Shown here one piece after another: positions 11,701-24,760 of a stretch of DNA of 64,000 nucleotides. A program made the translations under genes and the position numbers. The stretch's first letter is position 1. Every line of letters starts with the position of its first letter. Source of the stretch: Octopus sinensis (Eukaryota); NCBI RefSeq assembly GCF_006345805.1, contig NW_021825323.1:310001-374000 (forward strand), in the 5' to 3' direction. A model generated the notes under the pieces. That model did no database searches and was not told the DNA's origin. It worked only from the letters and a program-made list of their open reading frames with translations.

Positions 11701-13300
11701 GAGGAGTCATAAAACTAATCAACTTCTTTTTAGTTCTCCATAGAGACATAAGCTTTCTAAAAGCTCCATTTGAAAGGATTTTCCTTCGGGTAACATCCTC
11801 TGTGTCTCCCAGGAGCGTTCCCAACTTTTTGTCCCTTCTCCGTGATTCATCAATGCGTCTTTCCGATCGGCTTAAGGATATATATTCGGTTTTTTTGGTG
11901 TTCACAGTGAGAAACCATTTTTTGAATTTGTTCGGGAGCATATTATATCTTGTTTCGTCTGAATGGAGGAAGCTCTTTAATACTTCCATAAGGAGCCCTC
12001 TGTGAATGGAATCGAAGGCCCGAGTCATGTTTACCCCAAGAATTTCGATACACTTTTTATAGTTTTGGCACAGGGCACCAGTCCATCTGTATGTCCAAAT
12101 TACATCAGCTGTTGATCTTCCCTCCCTGAATCCACTTTGTCCATGGGATAGAAAACTGTTTACTCGGTCTTTGATTCGGGTCAGTATAATTAGCGATAAT
12201 GTCTTTCTCAGTGTCGATAGCAGAATAATCGGCCTCAGGTTGCCAGGAGGTCCTCTCGGTTTCCCGGGTTTTGGTAGTGGAATTAGCAATCCTTTTCCAA
12301 TGTCTAAGTTTCCGTTTTCTTTAATTGCTTTGTTCAGTATGTGTGTGATCACTTCGGCCAGCTCGGTTGGTCCAAATTTGAGGAGCTCTGCAGGAATGTT
12401 GTCTGGTCCGGGGGACCTTTTGCAGTTTAATTTCTTAATGGCATCCATTGTTTCTGTAATATTAATAGGACTGATTATTCGAGTGTCTTGAATGTTCAGA
12501 ATTTCATTGACTTCGCTATTTTGGTTGAAAATTTCGTGGAAATATTCCGAAATGATTGCAGTTTTTTCAGTTTCATTAATGACTGTTCTTCCAAGTTTAT
12601 CATGCACAGTAATATGGTTTGTTCTTTTTCCCCTGTTTATTAAGCGAACAGCTTTAAACATCTTCGTTCCATCCTTATATTTTTCAATTTCGACCACTTG
12701 CTCCTCAACTTCTTTTTGTAATTGACGTTTTTGTATTGTTTTGATTTTTGTTAATATTCTTCCACGTTGTGTCTTCAGTTCCCTTTTCCTATTTGCCGTC
12801 AATGTTTTGTTTATCTCGAGCCTGAGTCTTTTCTGTTCAATCGAAAGAGATTCGATTTCCAAATTATTGTGCAGGTATTTTCTTTTATGAACAGGTCCCA
12901 AAATAGATAATGACGTCTTCTTAATTCCAAGAACAGTCTCCGTCCATAATATGTTTGCGGCTTGCTTATGTAATTTTATTAATTTCTCTTTTGAGATTTT
13001 CACTGTACTCAATTTTGTCGTAAACAAGTTTCTCTGTGTCGATGGTTTTCATTTGTCCTGTTCTTTGTACGCCAACTGTCCCATGTAATCTCTTAAAAAC
13101 AATCCTAGTCACAACCAGTTTTGATCACTGCTGGTTTCAAGGCCATCATAGGATCTCGCATCTGACAATATGTTTTTCATAATTCTTCTGCATATGATGT
13201 AGTCAATCTGGTTATAAATCGGTAAATGTTTCCGTTTTTGTCTTTTCTTGCTCTTGTCCAGGTAGTTTTATGCCTTGCTCGGTGGTCGTTGCATTTTAGT
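11690..13300 (-). mobile_element. RTE-clade non-LTR retrotransposon fragment (APE C-terminus plus RT N-half, internally deleted)
   Basis: NQIDYIICRR...DARSYDG..SD at 13100-13220; SPGPDNIPAELLK, LRPIILLSTLRK, QSGFREGRST and NMTRAFDSI in ORF 11687-13027. Confidence 0.92.
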
Positions 13301-13354
13301 AAATAAATTTATCTAAAAAGAATAAACTTTGTAACCCAAGTTTTTTTTATGTGG

Positions 13355-13480
13355 GATTTTTTTTATTTAACCCAAGAATCACCGACAGTTAATAGGGTAA
13401 TTAATTAGGTGATTCTAACAATCCTCAAGATCTTTCTCAACTTTTCCGATGTTGGACTCTGTACCCAACGCAAGTGCGGG
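13355..13480 (-). repeat. Dispersed repeat, probable retroelement 3' end; second copy at ~63340-63468
   Basis: AACC(C/T)AAGAATCACC(G/A)ACAGTTAAT..GGTAATTAATTAGGTGATT...CAATCCTCAAGATCTTTCTCA...CCCAACGCAAGTGCGGGACG is present at both sites, next to a T-rich tract. Confidence 0.7.
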
Positions 13481-13946
13481 ACGGCCGGGGAGCAGTTTTT
13501 CTGAGGAATTGAATCGGGTGATGTGCTTCTGGTTGTTAAGGTCTTGGTCTTTTGGCAGGTGGTACTGTTGGATGGCTAAGAACCCTTTCCTTTTTTTTAA
13601 TTGGAATGTCACGTTGCGTCATGTGGTTCACCATTGTTACAACTCTGGAGGCGCACAGAATGCTCCTAAAGCATTCGAGAAAAGAACCATTCACTCTTCC
13701 CAGCTGGAATTATCCAGACGACAATCCCGGATCTCAGCCCCCGATGGACATGTGGGATTTTGATATATTCGTGTACACGTACAGTGAATACTCCCAAATT
13801 CGCCATTTTGGTTCCGTCATTTTTTCCGGCGAATTTGAGAAATGGCGAATTCCAGAATATAATCAATAATTTTTGAATGTGAGTAGAACTGTTTAATAAT
13901 TCGAAAATAGCAAAATTGACTTGATAGGGGAATATTTAAAAAGCTA

Positions 13947-14865
13947 CAGTGGTCGTCAAAAAAAATTGCTCACATAGATCCTCTTTACTTTTCGGGGGAT
14001 TTTTAGCTAATTCTCTTTTCATAAAGCACCATACATGCTCTATTGGATTAAGATCCGGTGATTGCGATGGCCAATCAAGAATAATATATTTTTGGTTTCG
14101 AAATATGCCTTAACCATACGAGAGTATGGCATGGAGCATTATCCTGTTGAAAATAAACGAGGATAAGCCATTTTTTCAGCTGATTGGTCCTGATTATTAG
14201 ACAGTAAAATTATATAATATCCAGAGTTCATAGTTTCTTCGATAAAACCAAATTGCCTACACCACTATACGATATACAGCCCCAAATCATAACTCTCCCT
14301 ACTCCGAACTTAACAGTCGGCAGCAAATGTGCATTTTTTAACTTCGTTTTATTTTTTCTGTAAACAACCAGATGTTTTCTGTTGTTAAAAACATCGAACA
14401 TTGACTCATCTGAGAATATCACCGATTTCCATGTACTATCGGATATCGATAAAAATCGTAGTGACGCAGACCATCTCGAAATAATATTTTTTGAGAAAGC
14501 AATGGCTTTCTTTTTGCTACACGACAATATACCCCATTTTATTCAAAGTTCTCAGAATTGTCCTAGGGGAAACATCAATATTGAAAGTTTCTTTAGTTTT
14601 GTTGGACAAATCCACTGCCAACATGTAGGATGTGATTCGGTTTCATTACATAAAAATTGTATTTGGGGGGAACTTAGTTTCGGAAGACGTCCTGAGCCCG
14701 GTCTCCGATGCAGTGTTCCAAATTCTCAAATTTTCGAATATTAAATGAAATTGTGGAATACGGCAAATTAAGTATTTTTGAGATTTCTCTGATTGATTTA
14801 CCCTCTTTAAAGTACGCAATATCATAAAAATATATTTTCTGGATTTTGGTTAAAATAAACAACAC
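13947..14865 (-). mobile_element. Degraded Tc1 element (DD34E-type transposase pseudogene), one TIR visible
   Basis: TA|CAGTGGTCGTCAAAAAAAATTGCTCACA at 13947; minus-strand KSIREISKIL, VIFSDES, VMIWGCIS, QQDNAPCH and DWPSQSPDLNPIEHVW with frameshifts. Confidence 0.88.
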
Positions 14866-15349
14866 GCATGTCCTCGACTCACATAATGAGGTCCTTTAAA
14901 ACAACCTTCCCGTCAGAAAAATCAAAATTATTTTCTGCATTTGGTTAAAATAACAACTACGATGTCCCCGACTCACATATGAGGTCTTTAAAACGTTTCT
15001 TGCCAAAACATATTTTTTGCATTTGTTTAAAATGAACAAAGTTAATGTCCTCGATCTATTAAAACTTTCCAGATTTTCTCGTATAATTTTTTTTTCTTAG
15101 AATTAAATTCCAGTATATCATTATCGATTATAAATCAAAATTAAGGTTATTATCAAATTTGACCTTGACAGAGTGCAAAAAACAGATTGTATGACACTGA
15201 AGCAATTACCCGATTTTGAAAAACACTTTAACAGTTATAACCACATTAGAACAATTATTAACACCATTTACCATCAATGACAGCTGAATTAAAAGAATTT
15301 TCGTAGAAATATTAAGTATTTATTTAACGTTTCGTAAAGATTTAATTCA

Positions 15350-16691
15350 TTTTCGGTATGCTTTTCCATGGACTGATGTATGTGGGATGCTCAATGTAGG
15401 TAGAAAAGAAAATTTATTTACATATGCCAAGGAAAGACGGAGAACAAACATGGTTTATCAACAGGCGTTAGAATAGGGTCACATCAACCAGGTCGTTTAA
15501 TATGTGACATGGGCAACCGGTTACATTTTTTGACCTTGTGATGTCAATTATTAATCATTCAATACTTCAAAGAATAATGCATTTTAACAAAAAAATTAAA
15601 TTAATCATTTGTTGGTCTTGCCATTGGTACCGTCCATATCTCTCCTTTAGCATATTTTATCTATTAAATAAAATGATTGATTTACCTCGACTCGATTATT
15701 TGATAAAATGTTAGTTATTTCAGCCGTCGGATAGAATGGAGACTCGAATTTATCCGACCGCAACAAAGGGTTTGTTCCATTTTTTAACTCGAACCTATCT
15801 ATAATTATTTATCTAAACTTTATCTCCGACACTAAATTCGTATTTATGATTCATATCACCAACCTACATTAAAAATTAAAAAGAATTAAAACTTTCAATG
15901 GACAGGCAAATTTACATACTTCACATTTCGAATGACTTTCCTGATTATGTCATTTTTAACAATGAAGTATCTTTGTCGACACTCATACTCAATCTTGTTT
16001 ACTCCTCCTTGAATATTCGTGTAGAGATTTAGCTACATGCTCCATTTCAGTTTCATTGTCCAAAGTAATGACGAGCTTTGGATCATCAGATTTGAGATAC
16101 AATCTGCGCATTATCGTAAATCTAGAGTACCTTTCATTGATTATTGTAAAACTCTCGGTCTTTTTTACAAGTCTATATTTTGCTTGCCTAGAAAAATCTT
16201 CCGGAATTTATTTCCAAAGCATCTTTAAAATTCGATACTCTAAGAATCTTTGACATAACCTCTATATGAAGCCATTACAAGAAACAAATCTAGCACGCTA
16301 AAAATTTTCCAATAAGTTTAGGTTTACCAACATTAAAAAAAAATAACTTTTTTAAAATTATTTAAGTACACGAACAAAAACTAATTTAAATCAAACAAGG
16401 CATTGTTAAACTTTATAATTGGCCCATAAAAATATTATTTTTGATAATCAAAGGATTTAATTTTGACATCTACAAGGTCAAAAAATGTAACCGGTTGCCC
16501 ATGCGTAACGCGTTGCCCATCACATAATATATTCACATACACTTGAATTATTAATAGCTATTTTTTTACATTATAAATTTTTATTAACCCTTATTCTATC
16601 TATCTAATTAGCGGCAGAATAGCTATTGTTTGATGAAACAAGCCGTCCGCAGGACTTAGGTCGCGGTGAGCGAAGCGAGCTGCTGAGATAG
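15350..16691 (+). mobile_element. Helitron 3' end (helicase C-terminus plus terminal hairpin), interrupted by the Ginger-like element
   Basis: 15361-15475 reads FHGLMYVGCS(x)VGRKENLFTYAKER..NMVYQQALE*, like the PIF1 helicase tail HGQLYVA.SRV. GC-rich CGCGGTGAGCGAAGCGAGC followed by ATAG|T near 16690. Confidence 0.55.
15503..16524 (-). mobile_element. Ginger-like (gypsy-integrase-related) DNA transposon deletion derivative
   Basis: TGT...ACA termini; ~45-bp TIR (CATGGGCAACCGGTTACATTTTTTGACCTTGT); TAATA duplicated at 15498-15502 and 16525-16529; internal frameshifted SLHE..GGVNKIEYECRQRYFIVKNDIIRKVIR.CEVCK, an integrase H2C2 region. Confidence 0.8.
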
Positions 16692-17193
16692 TTACAACAA
16701 TAGTTTCTTTAAGTTTAGCACATGGAGCTATAAACATTATGGCTTTTGTCAAAGTATCATAATAAAAATAAAAGTGGTATAAAGTAGCTCTTCAATTTGT
16801 CGAAATTTCCAATAATGTCAAAAATTGGCTTTTCTCCAGAAGTATTTACAGTAATTTTAATTGTTTTCTTATTCAGTCGATGTTTTATTCAATCTCTACA
16901 TTCTCGACTTGTATAGCAAAAAGAATTGTATATGTAGATTTTGAGGCGATCTATCTGATCGCAAGAGTGGATATAATCATTGATTAAGGTTGAAAACTAA
17001 TATTGTATTTTGAAAGTATCTCACAATTGAAAATATTTTTTATTAGATGATTCTAAAATCAATATTAACATTACCAACGATTGGAACCGTTTTTACCCAA
17101 GATAAAATAAATTATTTATTAACAATATTTATAGTTATTTTTTAACAAATTTTAATTTATCAAAAAATATTAGTTGTTGTAGCAATTCAATTG

Positions 17194-19090
17194 ATGAATA
17201 TCTACGAACCTCTGTCAAAAGTACTTATTGGGATAAGTTGCACAAATCTCGGCTCATCTGACGCCTTTTCAAAGTCTGATCCACAAATTTTGATAAAAGA
17301 ATTGGACAATAATTCAAACAATTTTATTGAGGTTAAAGTAAATATAATGTAGAAAGGTTGCAAAAACCGAGAAAATTATGAACACATTGAATCCAACATT
17401 TAATGAAATAGAATATGATTTTTATTTTGAACGTATTCAGAAACTAAGATTTGAAATTTACGACATCGATGATCACTTTTCGAGTGCTAAAATCGAAAAA
17501 GGCGATTTTCTCGGTCAGTTCACATCATCCTTGACACAAGTAACAATTTAAACTTTTGCAAAGTTTAGTTGTCAAGATCAGGCCAAACTACTGGTAAACT
17601 AACTGGATTTAATGAAAAACAGAAATTTAAGGGATCAATTCAGGTACATACAAATTTCAATTTTCTATTCCAAAACAATGTTTATTTATAGATAAACGTC
17701 CGTGAAATAAAATCATCAAGAGATGAGTTACAACTAAGTTTTTCTGCTACAAACATTTCGAAAAAAGTAGTTAAAATAATCTCCTTTATTTCCTTAGGGT
17801 ATACTTGGTAAGAAAATTCCCAAAACACGATTAATTCTCCAATCGATAAGTCATAACAAGACATGGAAAACAGTTTTTACTTCCAACACGATCCAACATT
17901 CAATAAATCCAGTCTATGAAGCCTTTAACATAAAAATGTGCAAACTAACAATAAATGAAGGATCCACTGAAGACAAAATTAGAGTTTTTCACTTTTTAAA
18001 TTATCGTAGATATGCATTTGTAAAGCTGAAAAACTGTCAAAAATCTATAGTTTAGCGACATTTCCTATTTCCGATCTGATCGAATCTGCAAATAAAAAAA
18101 CAACGGTAAAATTGCCAAAATCCGTTTTTAGAGATCTTGGATGAGTGAAAATTCATTTGATGACTCATGTTTAATTCTCCTTAATAACTGTGAGATAAGA
18201 CAAGTGTATACTTTTCTCGAACACTTGCAGAGAGGGATGGAACTTAATTTAGTGGTCTGAAACATTATACGAGTCAGCGAATAGACCGCTATTGACTTTA
18301 CGCTGTCAAATGGAGACCCTCGAAAACACGACTCCCTGCATTTTCTTCACAACTATGGCGATGTCATTCGAAATGACTACACACAGGCAATAGAGACTAT
18401 TGGGCGAGTTGTTGAAGAATATGACACGTATTTTATTTCGAGATCACATACTAGTGACAAACTAATTCCTGTCTTTGGATTTGGAGCCAAACTCCCACCA
18501 AACTATTCTTTTGTTAGTCACGATTTTGCGGTCAATTTGAATGTTTCGAATCCGAACTGTTTTGGTAGAGACTTTGTATGAGTTGGTAGGGGTTAATGGG
18601 ATTCTCGAGGCATATAGAGGTCTTATTCCACTAGTGCAACTGTTCGGACCTACAAACTTCAGTCCAGTAATCAGACACGTGATAGAATTAGCTAAGAATT
18701 CTCCTTTATCGGTTATTTGCTTGTTTAAAATAATTTAGCGCTATTTCGTATTGCTTATTTTGACTGATGGGGTCATTAGTGACCTAAGGGAAAGTATAGA
18801 CTCGATAATCGACGCTTCGAGTCTTCCAATATCGATTATAATTGTCGGAATTGGAGACGCAGACTTTAAGGAGATGAATTTTTTGGATAGTGATGACAGA
18901 AAGTTACGGTCACTGGACAGGCAGAGGATTTCAAAAAGAGACATTGTTCAATTTGTTGAATTCAACCAATTTAAAACAGTTTTTTAATCTTTTAGATTTT
19001 TAGAGTTCAATGGAATTGCTGGCAAAGAATGTCTTGGCAGAATTACCTTCTCAAGTCATGGAATTTTATAGTTTGCAGAAAACTAAGTAA
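17194..19090 (+). CDS. CPNE: Copine (C2-C2-vWA), about 12 exons
   Basis: [92 protein letters not shown] and [13 protein letters not shown]. Introns are 25-48 nt, e.g. 17332-17356 and 18428-18454. Confidence 0.95.
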
Positions 19091-20107
19091 CTTTAATTTA
19101 TTTTAAGTAAAATTACTAATTCATTTAAAACTAATATTGTGGTATTCTTTTCTGAAATAAATACAGTAAAAATTGTCTAAAACGATCCAAAGAATGAAAT
19201 CTGATCTTAAGACGATTTATTGAGACAAATTACATTTCTGGACTCTATAATAGCTATTAATAATTCATGAGACAAGAAGAACGAAAAAAATTGTATAAAA
19301 TTGCTTTAAATGTGCATTTTCTAATATTCGCTCTTTCTAGTGGAGTCATATTTAACTTAAGAGGCGACCTAAGAGATCTTATTAACCCATACGAGTCCCT
19401 AGGAATCGAAGATCTTTCCATGTATAATCATATAATCGATTGAAAATGAGGGTTCAAACAATTAGTGAATGAAGCTAGTGGTTTATTTATCCGAAATGAG
19501 TTACCCAAAAATGCGCGTGCTGATGAAGCCTACTAAAAGTACTTCTAAGACTCCACAACCGCCAATACCAAATTTCAGGGCATTCTTATCTGATTGGTGA
19601 ACCTTGGGAGGGTATCAGTCGTGGAATTTGTTTGAGATATCGGCTTTCTGTAGAAATAAATGTTCAATATGTTTTTCTGAAAATTAAAGAACAACTTCTC
19701 TTAATTCCATTAATTGGTCTGCACAAAACAGACAGACAGCGTTGATTATAATATAGGCACCGGAAGTCCAGGAAGGGGGAATATGGGAGAAATATTAATT
19801 GCATTCAGGACGATTTTTTAATACTTCACTTAAAAAAGTGGTACATAGAGATACAGACTTGTTTGTTGTTTAAAGTGAAAGATCAGGTAGCTTGAACAAT
19901 AGTTTACAGACATTTAAAAACTGATGTTGCTAATTTATTGATTTTAATTATTTTATGTGTTAGGAATATTAACGGTTCTGTTCGACGTAATTAAACGACT
20001 CTAATATTGCTCAGAAATATTTTCAAGTTATTTTTCTGTAGTGAATTCGATCATGGGGACGTTATAAAACTACTTGTCAAAGAATCTTTCAATAAAAAAT
20101 TAGATAA

Positions 20108-20710
20108 TCAATCATTAAAGGTTAAAATTAGTAAATTAATTAAAGTGGAGAAATATCTTATCCAGATAATATTGGTTCCAGCTTCCCCCTCATTGCCTCC
20201 AATCCGCATCCTTCTGCCAGACTCATGGGCCGGGATACGTTCCATGTACTTGACAGGTTCCATTGATGTCTCTTGCTGGTTACTTCCTCCATTAAGTCGC
20301 TTATTGCTTGCCATAACATCCATTGAAATACTTGTTCTGGTATTCGCTGCCATAGCTAAAAGTTTGTATTCCGGACGCATGGTCTTAAATGTCTTTTTAA
20401 TCACGATCGTCTGGACATAGACAGGAGTTGAATCCTCGATTTTTAAAGGGTTTTGGTGATGCTTGTAAAATTTAGATACTATTCCAACCCATATGAGAAC
20501 CAGTGGTACGACATTCACATTTTCATTGTGGATTAACTTCAATTCGTTTGGCAAGAGATCGCATTTATGTAATTTCTCGACATCCACTTGCTTTAAAGAT
20601 TGTTGAGAAGTAATCCCAATTTCGATGAGCGTAATGATGATGTCCCCAATAATGTCCGGTTCATTGTTATTGATTTTAGTATCCGTCTTGATCGTCGTGT
20701 CGACAAAAAA
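20108..20710 (-). pseudogene. R4/Dong-like non-LTR element, restriction-like endonuclease and C-terminus
   Basis: KINNNEPDII...TLIEIGITSQQSLKQVDVEKLHKCDLLPNEL...VPLVLIWVGIVSK...YVQTIVIKKT. Confidence 0.75.
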
Positions 20711-20783
20711 ATTAGATAGTAAAAATTAAAGTAAATTTATTAAAAAAACTTTCTTTTGTCTGTTAATAAGATTTGTCTAACTA

Positions 20784-21464
20784 CAGTAAAACCTCTCGAA
20801 TCCGCCGATTTTGGGACCGACCAAAAAATTCCTCTTCAATAATTGTTTCCTAAGTATAATTATTAAATAAAATCACTAACTGATTGAACTTTTTTTGACT
20901 GTAATGTACCAGCTTGTTCAGATTTGTCTAAAAATTCGATTAGCTCTTCATTTTCAGTATATCCGTAATCAACAAATTCACTATAAGATATTGGATCGTC
21001 AATTTGAAATTTCTTAATTATTTCTTCATAATTATTTTCGTAGTTCTTGGATTCACTGTTGATTGTGATTGTTTCACATTTTATCCATTGTGCATGACGG
21101 AAACAATTTTTGAAGGTCGTTTATAGTTCTCGGAGAAATTTTCTTTTTTAACCGTGAAGAAAAAATCCTGGAAATTTGAGGTGCAGAAACGAATGGGTTG
21201 TCAGAAATATAACGTAGTATAGAAATTTTTTCGTTGATAGAAAGTCTAACACAGCGACGCATCACAAAAATACAATTTAACGTGTAATGAGAATTTTAAA
21301 ATGTTAAGTAATTTAACTTACAATTAGATAAAAAAATTATTTTTCATAATACTTGAGGAGCGGATTCGAGAAACAAGCGGATTCAAGAATCATTTATAGG
21401 AAATTTCAAATTTTTGATTAAAACAAGCGGATTCGAGAAGCGGCGGATTCGAGAGGTTTCACTG
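20784..21464 (-). mobile_element. pogo/Tigger internal-deletion element, TA-flanked
   Basis: TIR CAGT(A/G)AAACCTCTCGAATCCGCCG at both ends; keeps a CENP-B-like HTH start (MRRCVRLSINEKISIL); same family as 51165-52329. Confidence 0.93.
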
Positions 21465-21621
21465 TACATGTAAATTATGTCCATTGAAAGACTAAAAAAC
21501 CTAACTATAAAATAATTTTTAAATATTTTGAATAAGTTTGATTTTATTATCAATTATTTTTTAGTTGCTAGACAATTTATTAGATTACAAAAAGTTAAGT
21601 TGATTCTAAGGATTGCGTAAA

Positions 21622-22584
21622 ATGCATATTTGCGTTTTGGACGGAAATACGTCGATTTCGTTGCCATTGAGTCAATATCTGGGAAGTTTCTCAGAATTTA
21701 AGGTTAAATCAATTATTTCTCAAAATGTACAAAAACCAAAACTCGATTCAAAAGTCGAGATTTTTTCCACTGATCTCGATAATTATTCAAACATATTGAC
21801 TGCTCTAGAAGAAACTGATGTGTGTGTTTTTGATATTAATTTTGAACATGAATGTCTCCCAAAAGAGGTACTAAAATAATGTTAAATGTATAGAAATTAA
21901 TAAAACGATGGAAAACAATTTTAGATGTCTGTAAAAAATTAAATATCAAGAAAATAATTTTTAATTCGTCATTGTCCAATTTGGAAATAACCGGAATAAA
22001 TTGCATTTATTTGGATGTCAGAGCCTCGGTTTACAGATACATAAAGGAATTGGGACTCGAAGCAGTATGTTTCATATCTCCTTTTCTATATGAAGAATTG
22101 ATTTCTAATCCACAAAGATATTTTAGAAAAACAAATAAAATTCTGATAGGTCAGATACAAATTTTTTTACTCCATTAGATTTGCCCATAGGAGATGATTT
22201 TATTGAAATGATTTCTGCTATTGACGTGGCAGTAATTGTTGCAAAAATGCTGGCAAATTATTCTTTGTATTCGGGAAAAACGTTTAGTCTGGCTGCAGAT
22301 AGTCTGACGACAAATGAAATTGCAAAAATTATTTCCAATAATGTTTCACACGCAAACGTTGTTAATTCCAAAGTATTTTGATTTTAATTTCGTAGATGAC
22401 GGTAAACGAGTACAGGCTTAAACAAATTGATAAGAGCTGTGATATAGCAAACTATTTTCATTTCAGTAGAAAAAAATATTTACAATCGCATGTCAGCAAA
22501 ACGGTAGAAGTGTTTGGACCTTTGATGAATTTTGATACATGGGTAAAAATGAATGTAGAAAGTTTAAAAAAAATACTTAACTAA
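21622..22584 (+). CDS. NMRAL1: NmrA-like NAD(P)-binding protein (NMRAL1/HSCARG-like), multi-exon
   Basis: VEIFSTDLDNYSNILTALEETDVCVF, LPIGDDFIEMISAIDVA, YSGKTFSLAADSLTTNEIAKIIS and FDTWVKMN, distributed over ORFs separated by short GT-AG gaps. Confidence 0.7.
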
Positions 22585-22689
22585 ACTTACTAATAGATAT
22601 TAATTGAAACTTATAAAACTATAAAATATTTTTAAACTGAAGTAAAATTATCTAATACTGCGCTTTTAGTTCGCGATCGAAAAAAGTTC

Positions 22690-22890
22690 TCATGACTTAG
22701 GATGGCTAGAGGAGCTCTCGGACGCCTAGGAATTGTCCCTTAAAGGTCTCCCCGAGGTCCTATAGAAGATAATGTCTGGGTGGCAGGTAAGACGGTAAGT
22801 CCTAGCTTGTGGCTAGGAGGCGAGCGTGTGTGCGGGACTGAAAAGGCAGGAATGCCGAGGGTCTTTATCTACCCTCTACTAACAGCCTCT
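22690..22890 (+). mobile_element. 5'-truncated ~200-bp 3' tail of the LINE family at 26.6-29.3 kb
   Basis: Aligns by eye to the reverse complement of 26610-26790 (GAGCTCTC..ACGCC..GGAAT..CCCT..AAAGG..TCT..GAGGTCCTA..GGCAGGTAAG.CGGTAAGTC). Confidence 0.85.
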
Positions 22891-23214
22891 ATTTAAATAA
22901 ATATTTTTCTTGTACGCAGTGCCTTCTGGATGAAGTACTCCCAATTTGTATCATCAGTTCCATGTTCGACAGTAGAACTTCTATTACTGGCTTTGTTCCT
23001 CGTACTTCATCTTCTTTTCGTTCTTTATTTTCCATCTGAGATTTTCGTTGATCACACCACACCACCCTAAATTATTTAAAACCAATTAAATTATCAATTA
23101 AATTTCTGATCTAATATTAATTGAGTAATTAGATATAATCATTAACTATAAAATTTTTAGATCAATAGATACAATCTGTTTATTTTAAAAACAAAACATA
23201 ACGTTGTGTAGAAA

Positions 23215-23855
23215 ATGATTAAATCAAACTTTGCTAAAAAGATAGATAAATCTATCTTCATTAGGATAATTGCACTTCTGATCATATATATAATTATTAT
23301 AGTAAATGAGCGTGTTAAAAGTGCTCAACTTATAACGTCTTCTTTGTTAATTAGGTGTGTTAATGACAATATACTGCATTCCTCAATTGGTTGACATAAA
23401 TTATTAATTGTAGCTTTATTGTCCTGGATTCTCATAAAAGGGAGGATATGTTCTCGAACACTCCTCCAAAGTATATTCTGTGGGTTATTGGCATTCATAA
23501 TTGACATTGATCATGCTATCGAGGCTCGTTCGTTTGATTTAAAGGTATTGTGTAACATCAGGAATAGATCATTCTCAGACAAACAAACAGACCATTCCTT
23601 CACAACTCTTTACTAATGGTTTTGTTATCTTTGGCAGTCTGGAGTGCTCATTTGAGCGATGACATCTTTTTTATGTTCCTTAATTCTTGGTCATCTCACC
23701 ACACTCTCGATGCCATCCACCGCGGCTATTGGATACCGCCATTTGGGAGCACTCCTTCAATCTCTAGACCGTGTGCAATTCTTATTATTACAATTATTTG
23801 CATTTGTTCTATAAGGAGAACCAACGTGGTTTATTCTTCTGTCATTGACATCTAG
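23215..23855 (+). CDS. TMEM267: Transmembrane protein 267 (C5orf28), 3 exons
   Basis: RCVNDNILHSSIALLSW, CGLLAFIIDIDH, RPFLHNS and WSSHHTLDAIHRGYWIPPFG. Introns of 24 nt (from 23390) and 23 nt (23545-23567). Confidence 0.88.
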
Positions 23856-23959
23856 TAATATTAAACATTGTTTAATATCAATACTTGATTTCATTTTGAT
23901 GTTTTTTAAATTTTGAGTTATTGTAACTGAATTTTATGCCGCCTTGAATGATACTTTTA

Positions 23960-24760
23960 AGCACGCGCTCAACGCCGCTGGATTCCCTTCGGTCCTGTTG
24001 CCGGTTGGGTTAGACCAGGGGTTCTCAACCTTTTTAGCTCAAGGGCCAAATCGATAATTAAGATTAGCTCCGCGGGCCGCACAAAAAATATTTTATATAT
24101 TTTTATATTTTCCATTTTACTAAATATTGATTCGCATAAATATGTAGATTCATATGCATTGTGTGTTATATTTTTGAATTTGTCTTGAGGAATTAATTCG
24201 TAAAAATTAATAATGGACGCATTTTTGAACAATGCCGCCAGTTCTATATCATGTTGTAAATTAATGAGTTCTAGTTGAAACTTTGCAGGCACATCCTTAA
24301 TTTCCACACTGAATGGAGTTGCGAATATTTTCATTAAAGGAAGGAATTCTTTAAAATTCTAAAAATTAAATTTATATAAATGTACCCCAAAACGTGCTTC
24401 AAATTGATTAATGAAATCACCAATTATGGATATGTTTAACCTTAAGAATGAATAATTAAATCTAAACATTATTAAAAAATTTAAAAAGTTAGTTACTCTA
24501 GAGGGGCCGCAAAAAAAATCCCGGGGGCCGCATTTGAGAACCGCTGGGTTAGACCGTGGTGACGGAAAACGTCTCGATGGGTCCACGCTATTCCCGTTCA
24601 AGGAAGGACTCGCTCTCGTTTGGGACGTTACCTGTGTCGACTCTTTTTACTCGTCATCTCTCATCGACTCTGCCTGGCTCAACCTCCGCACATGCCGAAA
24701 CGAAAAAAATCGCAAAGTACGCCTCATTGGAGAACACCTGCCTTTTCGTCCCCCTGGCTT
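23960..24760 (+). pseudogene. CRE-clade non-LTR RLE fragment split by a hAT MITE
   Basis: RALNAAGFPSVLLPVGLD|RGDGKRLDGSTLFPFKEGLALVWDVTCVDS becomes contiguous once 24016-24554 is removed. Confidence 0.88.
24016..24546 (-). mobile_element. Non-autonomous hAT (SPIN/Charlie-like) element with 8-bp TSD GGTTAGAC
   Basis: Termini CAGGGGTTCTCAAC and TTGAGAACCGCTG; GGTTAGAC at 24008-24015 and 24547-24554; internal transposase remnant FATPFSVEIKDVPAKFQLELINLQ..STYLCESIFS. Confidence 0.96.

Noticed and set aside
19730-19760. Possible Helitron 5' end (CAGACAGACAG..TATAATATAG)
   Set aside because: Only a short low-complexity resemblance, with no linked coding sequence or 3' hairpin.
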